Of a stretch of DNA of 64,000 bases, positions 55,848-64,000 are shown piece by piece. Under the pieces are notes generated by a model, which was not told where the DNA came from, searched no databases, and was given only the letters and a program-made list of their open reading frames with translations. Each line of letters opens with the position of its first letter. Position 1 is the stretch's first letter. The stretch comes from a virus. A program made the position numbers and the translations under genes. Where the stretch lies: IMG/VR virus record IMGVR_UViG_3300009285_002342, positions 1 through 64,000 of that record, one strand, 5' to 3'.

Positions 55848-56918
55848 TTATCCCCTTCCCCTTTTCTTCGGTTCGGGTTTTACTTCGGTTTCCACGGGTT
55901 CTTCGGTCGTCGGAGCTTCTTCCTCGTCTGCAATAAGACAGACGGCGTGTCTGAAATTGTCCCCTTCGAAAAGCAAAGCACCGTCAGATACCGTCGCTTT
56001 ATTCGCCTTCGGAATAATCGAAGAGAGATGTTCAGGGGAAGCGACAAATTCAATCTTTTTCCCTTTGTACTTTATCGGGACCGGTTCTATAGCTTTTCCT
56101 TTTATGTTTTCGCACTTCGCAATGATTTCCCAGTTATCTACCGTAATCGTTACCCGCTTCAACTTATTCGATTCTTCGGCTAAAACCTGTACCCTGGACA
56201 AGGCTGCACAAAGTTCTACCGGAAAATCAATCTTCTTTCCTTCTACGTTCAGATATTCGTCTACGTCTTCAAAGTTATCGTCTATCAGCGTATGCGCAAA
56301 GATAGCCCCGTCGTGATTTCGGTAGACGGCTTGCGAATCCGTAATCAGAATTTCCTTTAGCCCGAAGGTAGAAAGAAAGTGTGCGATTTTTGAGGGAATA
56401 AGAATCGGTTTTTCTAAATCGATTTCTTCGGAAAGAATCCTTTCGGTAATACGGAAGTTATCGGAAGACAAAATCCTTTTTCCATCTACGGAAAGACATG
56501 TTAAAACGCCCATAGACGCTTGATCACTCGCGGAGAAGGTACAAAAACCTAATGCTTCGTCGAAATCCTCCGGTAACGGTCGCCAATCCTCCTCTTCAAA
56601 ATCGAAAGAAGGTATATCTTTCGCTTCTACCATCTTCAACCATACTTCCGTCTTTCCTGCCTTAACGTGTAACTCCTTTTCGTCCGCGTCAATTTCCATG
56701 TCTTCCTGGCTGAATTTGTTAAGCAATCTCGTAAATTCATCCGCAGGAATCACCGCCTTTAGATCGGTATCCAAAGGTACGCAAATCGTGATTTCTTCGC
56801 CAGCTCCGATAAGTTTATCATTATCGAAGATTAGCATTCCTGAAAGTTCGGAAATTTTACCGTCGCTTAAAGCCGGTTTTACCTTTTCAATCGCACTTAA
56901 AAGTTCTTTTCGTTTCAT
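55848..56918 (-). CDS. dnaN: Sliding clamp (DNA pol III beta-like)
   Basis: RKELLSAIEKV, three-domain size, SSDNFRI, acidic composition; matches DnaE and DnaX in the window. Confidence 0.8.
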   Translation of the reverse strand: MKRKELLSAIEKVKPALSDGKISELSGMLIFDNDKLIGAGEEITICVPLDTDLKAVIPADEFTRLLNKFSQEDMEIDADEKELHVKAGKTEVWLKMVEAKDIPSFDFEEEDWRPLPEDFDEALGFCTFSASDQASMGVLTCLSVDGKRILSSDNFRITERILSEEIDLEKPILIPSKIAHFLSTFGLKEILITDSQAVYRNHDGAIFAHTLIDDNFEDVDEYLNVEGKKIDFPVELCAALSRVQVLAEESNKLKRVTITVDNWEIIAKCENIKGKAIEPVPIKYKGKKIEFVASPEHLSSIIPKANKATVSDGALLFEGDNFRHAVCLIADEEEAPTTEEPVETEVKPEPKKRGRG

Positions 56919-57643
56919 TCTTTCTCCTTCCGTTTAAGTTTTCTCTCCTTTAGTGGTCTTACTGGAATTATTCCGAATCCTAGATTTATTTGTTTTACTT
57001 TAGTCAAATCTTCATATCTCTTAGATTCACCTTTAGGATAATGTAAAATCGGAAATCTAAGATGTTTCCTTGCTTCCTTTGCCCATCTTTTATCGCCATG
57101 AAAATAAATATATCTATGTTTAGGTTTTTGAGGAATTCTTTCTTCTATTTTTCCTTCGTATCTTTCACCGCGAATTTTTCCAGTACAAGATCTTCGATGA
57201 ATTATTTTCCCTTCAGTAGTAAGATATTTCCCTTCGTTAAAAGATCCTTCTCCGGTATAAATCCAATTTAGAGCTTGATAAACATAACCTACATGCCCTT
57301 GATTTTGGTCTGCGTAACTCACAAGGATAAGAGGTTTAGGTAGCAATTTTATTGCATTAGCAGCAAAAAAGGTGGCAAGATTTTTTCTTTCTGAATAATC
57401 AATACAAAGCCGGTTAAATTCTAAAACAGTATCTTTATAATCTTTTCCGCAAACAGAAGCCCCTAAATTCCTATTAGGGCAATATCCAAAAGTCGCTACA
57501 CCTATCGTTCTATTTTTTTCTTTTTCGACCAACGCAAATCCATAAATATTCACTGTAGGCGCTCTACCTGCATAATGCTTTTTTAAAAGCCATTCTTTTG
57601 CTGCCAAACATGGAATCGAAACTATCCGGAATTTATCTTTCAT
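56915..57643 (-). CDS. mom: Mom-family adenine modification enzyme (GNAT fold)
   Basis: KHY, GVATFG, LEFNRLC, VSYAD..QGHVGYVYQA.NW.YTG, KHRYIYF, YPK. Confidence 0.88.
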   Translation of the reverse strand: MKDKFRIVSIPCLAAKEWLLKKHYAGRAPTVNIYGFALVEKEKNRTIGVATFGYCPNRNLGASVCGKDYKDTVLEFNRLCIDYSERKNLATFFAANAIKLLPKPLILVSYADQNQGHVGYVYQALNWIYTGEGSFNEGKYLTTEGKIIHRRSCTGKIRGERYEGKIEERIPQKPKHRYIYFHGDKRWAKEARKHLRFPILHYPKGESKRYEDLTKVKQINLGFGIIPVRPLKERKLKRKEKE

Positions 57644-57654
57644 ATCCTTCCTAC

Positions 57655-57748
57655 GCTTCGTAGAATCGCTTAGGTTAAACGATCTATCGCTAACCCATAA
57701 TACCCTACGGGTAAAATATTTGAACGCCTTAAAAACGATTAAGCGAAG
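57655..57748 (-). repeat. Dispersed TIR element, copy E (inverted)
   Basis: All conserved blocks present in reverse complement. Confidence 0.85.
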
Positions 57749-57773
57749 AATCCGCTTCGTTTCCCTTTTTTCT

Positions 57774-58001
57774 TCAATTCTGACATTTGGTAAGTTTTCC
57801 TTGACAACCTTTAGCACCGCATACATTAGGCAAGACCCAACGAAACTTTTTATTTTTCGCTACCCAAAAACCTTGCTTCGAACCGCATATTTCACATTCA
57901 TACCAAGTAGTCTGTTTCTTCTCTTCTTCAGTTTCTTCGTCCCTACACATTTGCATTTTTAACTCCTTTACATACCCCAATATGCCGGCGAAGTCACGCA
58001 C
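57774..58001 (-). CDS. Small zinc-ribbon protein
   Basis: CEIC and C...C. Confidence 0.55.
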   Translation of the reverse strand: MRDFAGILGYVKELKMQMCRDEETEEEKKQTTWYECEICGSKQGFWVAKNKKFRWVLPNVCGAKGCQGKLTKCQN

Positions 58002-58089
58002 ATATCAGCTATTCCGGAAGGTAGGGATTTTAAGACATCTATATTGTGCCCTAAATATATTTTAGAATCACCGAATTCACGATAAGGTT

Positions 58090-58851
58090 TCATATTTTTG
58101 ATCTTACCTTCCGAATAGCAATAGGATTCATTTTTTTCTTAAACGCACGTAAAGACTCGTTCCCTAAATCCCCACAATCATTTACGTATTTTCCGTTTCC
58201 GTATTCTGCCACTTCCCGATAAAACAGCAACCTCATATATTCAGCTAAGTACGGTTCCGCTAAACAAATTGAATAGCGGAAAATTAGATATTTGAAATTC
58301 TCATCCCAAACATTTAAGCCGACAACTTTCTTCCTCTCCATGTCTATCAGAACTTTTCGATTTTTACCGTTTAGACAAAAATCTAACAATACTTCCGCAT
58401 CTTCAATTTGTCTAAAACGCAAAGTCCATTCCGTTAGAAGATCGATAATCGGCGTTACAGGATGCCCCACTACGGCACGAAGATAAGTTAATTTCGGATT
58501 TCGGGCAACGAACTTCCGACTATTTTTACGAAACACTGCCCACTCCCCTCCTTTCATAGTGAGAAAATCGGCAGGATCGTAAATATACTCATAGTCAAGA
58601 AATTCGTTGCCCAACGGGCATTCCGGAAAGTCAGCCCAAAAAGGAGAGTCTTTCCAAAGTGGATTGCCCATTTTTCGGATAACCGGAAACAGTATTTGTT
58701 TTCCCTTATCTTCAACCCAAACTTCGCTTCCGGTATCGTAAACACGAAATTCGGCCCTATCGAAATATTCCTCCGAGCACCAGCAATTCGGCGTTATTCC
58801 GTTAAGGCGAAGAATTTCTAAATATTCTTTCGGACTAATCAGTTTTTTCAT
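58090..58851 (-). CDS. DUF2156 / PG-lysyltransferase C-terminal-like (aminoacyl-tRNA-dependent GNAT) protein
   Basis: DYEYIYD..DF..MKG..W..FRKN..KF; YVND.GDLG.ESLR.FK..M.P. Confidence 0.7.
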   Translation of the reverse strand: MKKLISPKEYLEILRLNGITPNCWCSEEYFDRAEFRVYDTGSEVWVEDKGKQILFPVIRKMGNPLWKDSPFWADFPECPLGNEFLDYEYIYDPADFLTMKGGEWAVFRKNSRKFVARNPKLTYLRAVVGHPVTPIIDLLTEWTLRFRQIEDAEVLLDFCLNGKNRKVLIDMERKKVVGLNVWDENFKYLIFRYSICLAEPYLAEYMRLLFYREVAEYGNGKYVNDCGDLGNESLRAFKKKMNPIAIRKVRSKI

Positions 58852-59699
58852 TATCTTCGAAGAAACCCCGTTCCTTTTTGCCTTTTAACGGTTTCTTTTC
58901 TTTCTTCGCCTTCTCTGCTATCAGCCGTTGAATCAGCTTCTTCGACACCCCGCCCGATTTCCTCGATTTCCCGCCCATTTTCTTCCTCCTGTATTGATTC
59001 TAAGAAACATCCTTCGTCATACAGACAACCCGCGACAATTCCTTTCATTCCAAACTTATCCCCTTCGATTACTGCAAAATCATTCTTCTTACCGAAGAAA
59101 AACTTTACAGTATTCGAAAATGTAAAAAGGGCTAAAAGATCGGCGGTCCTTAATCCTATCGGCCCGAAGTCTTCTTTTATCGTCTTCCCCCATGATACCC
59201 CGAAACCCTCTTTCACTTGCGTTAATTCTACGGTAGAACCGGAATAGATGTCCCTTTGTAGAAGAAGCGGTTTCCGATTCTTAGCTGAAACCTCAATATG
59301 ACTAAGGCTTTCTTCTAAAAGAGAAAGAACTTCGGTATGCAAATCCAAACGGTTATCGCCTTTTTTCTTATAAAGTTTCCGAAAAGAATCATCTATTTCG
59401 TCAAAAGTCCGCTTAGAAGTAGCACAAGATTTTTTTCTTACGAAACCAGCGGCGTTTTGCGTAAATACAATTTTCCCGTCTATTAACTTAAAATCCGGCG
59501 AATCGTACTGATTAGATTCCATACCGATCTTTTCAGGAAATTCTTCTTTCGAATCAAAATGCAGAATAACTGTATTGTCGAAGTTGGCTATGTAGATAGA
59601 CTTATTTCCTAAGAAGACTTCGTTTCTTAAATGCCCATTTTGAGTTAAGACTACTGCTATAGAAAGTATTTTTTCGGTCATTTGATTAATCATAAACAA
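58851..59699 (-). CDS. Hypothetical protein, possible second clamp-like fold
   Basis: Alternating helix/strand pattern, ~230 aa core plus charged tail. Confidence 0.5.
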   Translation of the reverse strand: MFMINQMTEKILSIAVVLTQNGHLRNEVFLGNKSIYIANFDNTVILHFDSKEEFPEKIGMESNQYDSPDFKLIDGKIVFTQNAAGFVRKKSCATSKRTFDEIDDSFRKLYKKKGDNRLDLHTEVLSLLEESLSHIEVSAKNRKPLLLQRDIYSGSTVELTQVKEGFGVSWGKTIKEDFGPIGLRTADLLALFTFSNTVKFFFGKKNDFAVIEGDKFGMKGIVAGCLYDEGCFLESIQEEENGREIEEIGRGVEEADSTADSREGEERKETVKRQKGTGFLRR

Positions 59700-61099
59700 T
59701 CCTCCAAAATTCTTATTCTAAAATCGTCTTCCTTTTCATATTTCCAGATTATCCTTCCTTCGGAATCATTCCCCACCGGTACTATCCCCCTTCCCCAATC
59801 CAGCGAATAAGAAGGATTTCCGCTAAGGTTCCACAATCCAAAAAATTCCTGCTTAAGATTTTCAGAAAGGAAACCCCCGTTTTCTTCTACATACTTTTCG
59901 TATTCATCCCAAGTTACCGCCCGTCCTTTCTGGTTTTTTATGTACCAGATCGCAGACACAGAACTTCCGCGATTAAATTTTGAATCCGGAAAGAAATCCC
60001 CCACTTCGCAACATATCTCGTTTCCGTTTTCCGCTACATTCCCTAAGTCGAAAGTAGAACAACGGAATCCCTTTTCTCTAAAAAGGTCCATAAACTTTCC
60101 TAGAAGAAGGGAACCAAGGGCTTGACTATCGGAAGTAAGCAGATACATCCGGTTAAAATCATATCCTAAATTCGTAAAGTTATTACGGATACCTGGATTG
60201 TTGGCGGAATAGGAATATGTATCGAAGGTAATGTGTCGAACGCCGGCCGCATAAACTTCTTCAATATATTTTTCGACGAATTCCTTTTCGTCATTTATGA
60301 AAACCATCCACGGCTCTATCCTAGCCACAACCCTTATCCCAGCAGAAGATAAAATGCGCATCGCCTCTAACCGCTTTTTGTAAGAAGGCGCTCCCGGCTC
60401 TATCGCTTTTAAGATCCGGTTGTCTGCGGAAATCAAAGTAACGTGTACTGCAGCTTTAGAAGGATTATCCGCTAAAGCGGAAAGGTAAGGTTCTTCGGCA
60501 GGTAAATCCGATTTAGTATTTATCATTATCGGATAATTTCTGTCTTTTAGATGATTCAAAAACGCTAACGCTATTCCGTTCTTCCTTTCTGCGTAAATAA
60601 AATCTTCGAATCGAATTCCTAACCGAATCGGAATACGGTTTTTTATCGCTCTTTGAATATCGGAAGCATTTAACGGAAGTCCCTTAGCGACAACCTCAAA
60701 ATGCCTATCCAGTTCCGCACGAAAATAATCAGGCGGGCAAGATCGTATTCCCATTTCCTCAGTTCTATCCCAAAAGGAAGTGTACAATGTCGCTTTTAGT
60801 ATATCCGCGAAGCAATATTGGCAACGGAAAGGGCACGCCTTTGCGTCATAGCAATCCGCATTGAGGGGCATCGGGCAAGCGGCTGCCCGAAGACTAACCT
60901 CAATAAAATGTTTAATCCTTTCCGTGTTAAATATCTTCTCTTTGTTTTGCCACTTTTGCCTTATCAGATTAAATTCATGATAATTTGTTTTTCTGCCTTT
61001 AATCTTAACTTCGGATTTCAATTTGTCTTTAACGGAAGTTAGAATCTTCTGTCTGGGAATCAGTTTAGAAACTAAAGATCGCAATTCGTAATAATTCAT
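59690..61099 (-). CDS. Radical SAM protein, spore-photoproduct-lyase-like
   Basis: CPFRCQYC, INTKS, IEPGAPS..KRL, VVARIEP. Confidence 0.88.
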   Translation of the reverse strand: MNYYELRSLVSKLIPRQKILTSVKDKLKSEVKIKGRKTNYHEFNLIRQKWQNKEKIFNTERIKHFIEVSLRAAACPMPLNADCYDAKACPFRCQYCFADILKATLYTSFWDRTEEMGIRSCPPDYFRAELDRHFEVVAKGLPLNASDIQRAIKNRIPIRLGIRFEDFIYAERKNGIALAFLNHLKDRNYPIMINTKSDLPAEEPYLSALADNPSKAAVHVTLISADNRILKAIEPGAPSYKKRLEAMRILSSAGIRVVARIEPWMVFINDEKEFVEKYIEEVYAAGVRHITFDTYSYSANNPGIRNNFTNLGYDFNRMYLLTSDSQALGSLLLGKFMDLFREKGFRCSTFDLGNVAENGNEICCEVGDFFPDSKFNRGSSVSAIWYIKNQKGRAVTWDEYEKYVEENGGFLSENLKQEFFGLWNLSGNPSYSLDWGRGIVPVGNDSEGRIIWKYEKEDDFRIRILEDCL

Positions 61100-62079
61100 A
61101 ATGGATAGTTACTTTCTATTTCGGCAATTTCGTCATCGGCAAGTTCTATTTTTACGGATTTAAGATTGTCTTTTAGATGCTCTAAATTATTTGTAGCTGG
61201 AATTGGAAGGACACCTTTCTTGCTTAAAAGCCAAGATAATGCAATTTGTGGCGATTTGCCTCCCTTTGATTTTGCTATTTTGTCTAAAATTGGTTTGTGT
61301 AATTTCTTATATGATTGCCCCAAAGGGCTATAGGCAATAACCAATATCCCCCTTTCTTGACAATACGGCAATAAAAATTCTTCTATACGCCTATCAATAA
61401 GCGAATAACTGACTTGAACGGAACGTATAACGTCACCAGAAAAATCAGAAAGAAATCTTTGCATTGATTCAATCATATCTACCGAACAATTACTAAGACC
61501 TATAGAAAGAATCTTGCCCTTTTTACGCAATCCAACTAAAGTTTTACCTAAAACCTCGTCCGAATACTTATCGTTAGGAAAGTGAATTTGCAAATGGCTA
61601 ACCCTTCCTAACTTTTCTAAAGATCTTGAAACGGTAGAAGTAAGTGCAGAAGATGACATATGATCCCTTCGAACTTTTGTAGCTACGGGAATTGAAATGT
61701 TTTTTAGTGCTTTCCCCAATTCTGTTTCTACCTTACCGTATCCGTATCCTTCTGCGGTATCTATCAATACAGCGCCGAAATTTACCGCTTCTTCTATAAG
61801 ACTATAATCATATTTCCAACCATATGTCCCGAAACCAATACCGCATTTACATTCGATTTCCATTGGTTTAAAAGAAATATCCTGGTGGTCTAAAAGTTTT
61901 TCTAAACGCCTAACCGAATATTGAAGTAATTCTTTTCTTTTAATCAAAAGCGCAGAAGATAAAGACATATAGCGTAGATTAAGTCCCCACATCGATCCGT
62001 GCAAAACATCTGAAGCCCCTGCGCTTAATTTCTTATCAAAAGAAAAGTTTTTTATTTCGTCAAGTATTTTTAACCACAC
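61096..62079 (-). CDS. Aldo/keto reductase
   Basis: GFGTY, IDTAEGYG, ATK, QIHFP, IGLSN, IAYSPLG, QIALSW, PIP. Confidence 0.93.
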   Translation of the reverse strand: MWLKILDEIKNFSFDKKLSAGASDVLHGSMWGLNLRYMSLSSALLIKRKELLQYSVRRLEKLLDHQDISFKPMEIECKCGIGFGTYGWKYDYSLIEEAVNFGAVLIDTAEGYGYGKVETELGKALKNISIPVATKVRRDHMSSSALTSTVSRSLEKLGRVSHLQIHFPNDKYSDEVLGKTLVGLRKKGKILSIGLSNCSVDMIESMQRFLSDFSGDVIRSVQVSYSLIDRRIEEFLLPYCQERGILVIAYSPLGQSYKKLHKPILDKIAKSKGGKSPQIALSWLLSKKGVLPIPATNNLEHLKDNLKSVKIELADDEIAEIESNYPL

Positions 62080-62789
62080 AATCCAAAACCTTTCAATTTT
62101 GCTTTCTTTGGTTTGAATTCTTCATGCCCCCTAGAAACAAACAAATCGGAAGGTTGAATATGCGTAATCTTTCCTTTTTCATTTCCATACAAAACCATAG
62201 CGGCATTCATAAAAGCGGAAACAGCTATGAGATTTTTCCCAACAATCGGTTTTGTTTCCTTAGCCAACAATTCGTAGTATTCCTCTTCGGTTTTAACGCC
62301 ATAATGACGGAGATTCCCGAACTTAAAACCAAAACAAGTGCTATCGGCTATTATAACCCATTTTGCTGTTTTCGCTACTCTTGACAATACTTCGCTATGT
62401 CCAGGCAACTTACGCAAAGTAAAGGCGTCAAAATCCAAAATTAGAATGTCCGATTCCGGCGGCGTCCAAGAATAAACATCGTTATTCAATACAGTGTGGT
62501 TTGGAAAATTACTTTTCAAAAAACCACAACAATTTTCGTCCTTATCGTTAATAATCAATTCACAATCAGTCCATCTTGTTAACGAAACAGCGCACCAAAA
62601 ACCAGATCTAGCTATAGCGTCTACGATTTTTGGTTTCTTTCCACAATTTATTACAGACAAAACTGCATCAAGCGTTCTACAAGTTTCCGCTACATCACGG
62701 TACGGAACAACTTGGCTAGGTGTCCTTATCTTTCTTTCTGTCCCTGATTCGGGAATGTCAAGTTTTATTTTTCCTACGGAATAAATCAT
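62070..62789 (-). CDS. Rossmann-fold methyltransferase-like protein
   Basis: IVDAIARSG, INDKD, NNDVY, DILILDF (degenerate). Confidence 0.5.
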   Translation of the reverse strand: MIYSVGKIKLDIPESGTERKIRTPSQVVPYRDVAETCRTLDAVLSVINCGKKPKIVDAIARSGFWCAVSLTRWTDCELIINDKDENCCGFLKSNFPNHTVLNNDVYSWTPPESDILILDFDAFTLRKLPGHSEVLSRVAKTAKWVIIADSTCFGFKFGNLRHYGVKTEEEYYELLAKETKPIVGKNLIAVSAFMNAAMVLYGNEKGKITHIQPSDLFVSRGHEEFKPKKAKLKGFGLCG

Positions 62790-63856
62790 AGCCCACTATC
62801 CTTCATTGTGTAATGATTTTTTGATTTACCGCACATAATCAATTCTGCGTTTTTTAAATCTTCTTTTGTCCCAATTCCTTCCCAGGTAGTTTCTAAAATA
62901 GTTTTTCTATCTAAACCTTCTTGCAGCAATTTTCTCCAATTGTGAGTGTTAAATTTGAAAGCATTTTTTATGTCTATTCCGCAACAAGTGTTAAGATTAG
63001 ATACCCAATTTTTCGGAAGGTTGACAAAATCCGGACATCCAAGATTTATATTTTCCTTGTCTGCAATTTCGCACAATTCCTTCTGAACAGGTTTCCATTT
63101 TTTATCCTGATTAGCGTCCCATATTTTTTCAATATCTAAACCTATATCCAAAAGACGTTTTGCAGTATAAGGATTCAAATGTAAATTGTAGATATTGTAA
63201 GACATAAAACCATAAGACTTGATAAGTTTAAGAATATCTTTAAATTGCGAAACAGTATGATACCCAGGAATAAAAGGTTCCCCCCTTATTCCAACATTTA
63301 ACCCCAATCTCAACCATTCTTTTCCTATCATTAAACGATCTTTAATCGGAGAGGTTCTTTTCCTTTCGAATATTTCCCAATCAGATTCACAGCCAGCAGT
63401 TATTTCGATTAAAAAACAGAAGCAATCTTTTTTTGTCTTAACAAATAAACCCGTATCCCTTAAAGCATTAGAAATGTATCTTGAACAAATTACGAAAGGC
63501 CAAGATAAATCTATCAGAACCTTAACGCTGTTTCTAGTTACTTTGTGCTGATTTTCTATCGATTGATAAGGATCAGCTTTCCTTCCTAAAAATATTGCCT
63601 TTTTCTTTTTTAACGCAATAGCTAAGGGAGATTTTGGATCTTTTGATCTTTGAGAATCTGTTAATTTTTTACAGATTTGTTCTGGATTTGCTATCCGTTG
63701 TTCTTCGCCCCAAATCTTGTTAAGGTTTCTGCCTAAGCAGTGAAAACAATCTGCTTCACAAGCCCAATAAGATTCAAGAGTCAACGGAAGTGGACAATTT
63801 AGATGGGTTTTTCTAATACAGAAAGGATTTTTATATTCTTTCAAGTTATTCACCAA
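62786..63856 (-). CDS. Radical SAM protein, spore-photoproduct-lyase-like
   Basis: CEADCFHC, ADPYQ.IE, RGEPFIPG. Confidence 0.88.
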   Translation of the reverse strand: MVNNLKEYKNPFCIRKTHLNCPLPLTLESYWACEADCFHCLGRNLNKIWGEEQRIANPEQICKKLTDSQRSKDPKSPLAIALKKKKAIFLGRKADPYQSIENQHKVTRNSVKVLIDLSWPFVICSRYISNALRDTGLFVKTKKDCFCFLIEITAGCESDWEIFERKRTSPIKDRLMIGKEWLRLGLNVGIRGEPFIPGYHTVSQFKDILKLIKSYGFMSYNIYNLHLNPYTAKRLLDIGLDIEKIWDANQDKKWKPVQKELCEIADKENINLGCPDFVNLPKNWVSNLNTCCGIDIKNAFKFNTHNWRKLLQEGLDRKTILETTWEGIGTKEDLKNAELIMCGKSKNHYTMKDSGL

Positions 63857-63861
63857 GAATT

Positions 63862-63896
63862 AATTAGGGACTCGGTGAATTTTCCGAGTCCCTAAT
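63862..63896. terminator. Strong intergenic hairpin
   Basis: AATTAGGGACTCGG...CCGAGTCCCTAATT 14 bp stem. Confidence 0.6.
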
Positions 63897-64000
63897 TTCA
63901 GAAGGGATTTGTTAGACAGGGGCTACAGTCTTGGGATCAATCTTGGATACCTTACCGAATCCTATTGCACAAGGCATCATTACATCGACAAGATGTTTCG

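Noticed and set aside
57644-57826. N-terminal extension of Mom in the ORF track
   Set aside because: It runs through the TIR element; the RBS and family similarity start at ATG 57643

Overview
This window is part of a large, AT-rich bacteriophage genome (no host housekeeping genes; dense, translationally coupled ORFs). It has four parts. (1) About 0.9-9.2 kb is a + strand 'early' block of small proteins, a pentapeptide-repeat protein, a radical SAM enzyme and a PRTase. It carries two type II hammerhead ribozymes, long intergenic stems and duplicated AT-rich repeat modules. (2) About 10-26 kb on the - strand holds a terminase-type HNH, a sigma-region-4 regulator and a near-complete nonulosonic (sialic-acid-like) sugar pathway: PseB-like dehydratase, DegT aminotransferase, acetyltransferase, NeuC, NeuB, NeuA, two oxidoreductases, an amidotransferase, a glutaminase, a methyltransferase and a sulfotransferase. 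It also contains a small gene with an in-frame UGA followed by a SECIS-like hairpin (candidate phage selenoprotein). (3) About 26-53 kb is replication and recombination: split SbcC, SbcD, ThyA, dCMP deaminase, 5'-3' exonuclease, resolvase, RecA, SSB, clamp loader, and DnaE fused to an intein-containing UDG domain. A tRNA-Ile and tRNA-like RNAs also lie here. (4) About 53-64 kb is a candidate DNA-modification cluster: MTase, HD hydrolases, clamp, Mom, a DUF2156-like transferase, two SPL-like radical SAM proteins, an aldo-keto reductase and an MTase-like protein. Non-coding layers are a dispersed ~90 bp element with terminal inverted repeats, a strand-polarised 15 bp motif (9 copies) and a conserved TTTAAA-N17-TATAAT promoter. 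Two HNH genes sit between a truncated 5' copy and a second, downstream copy of their target gene. All family assignments come from motif recognition by eye; no database searches were run.
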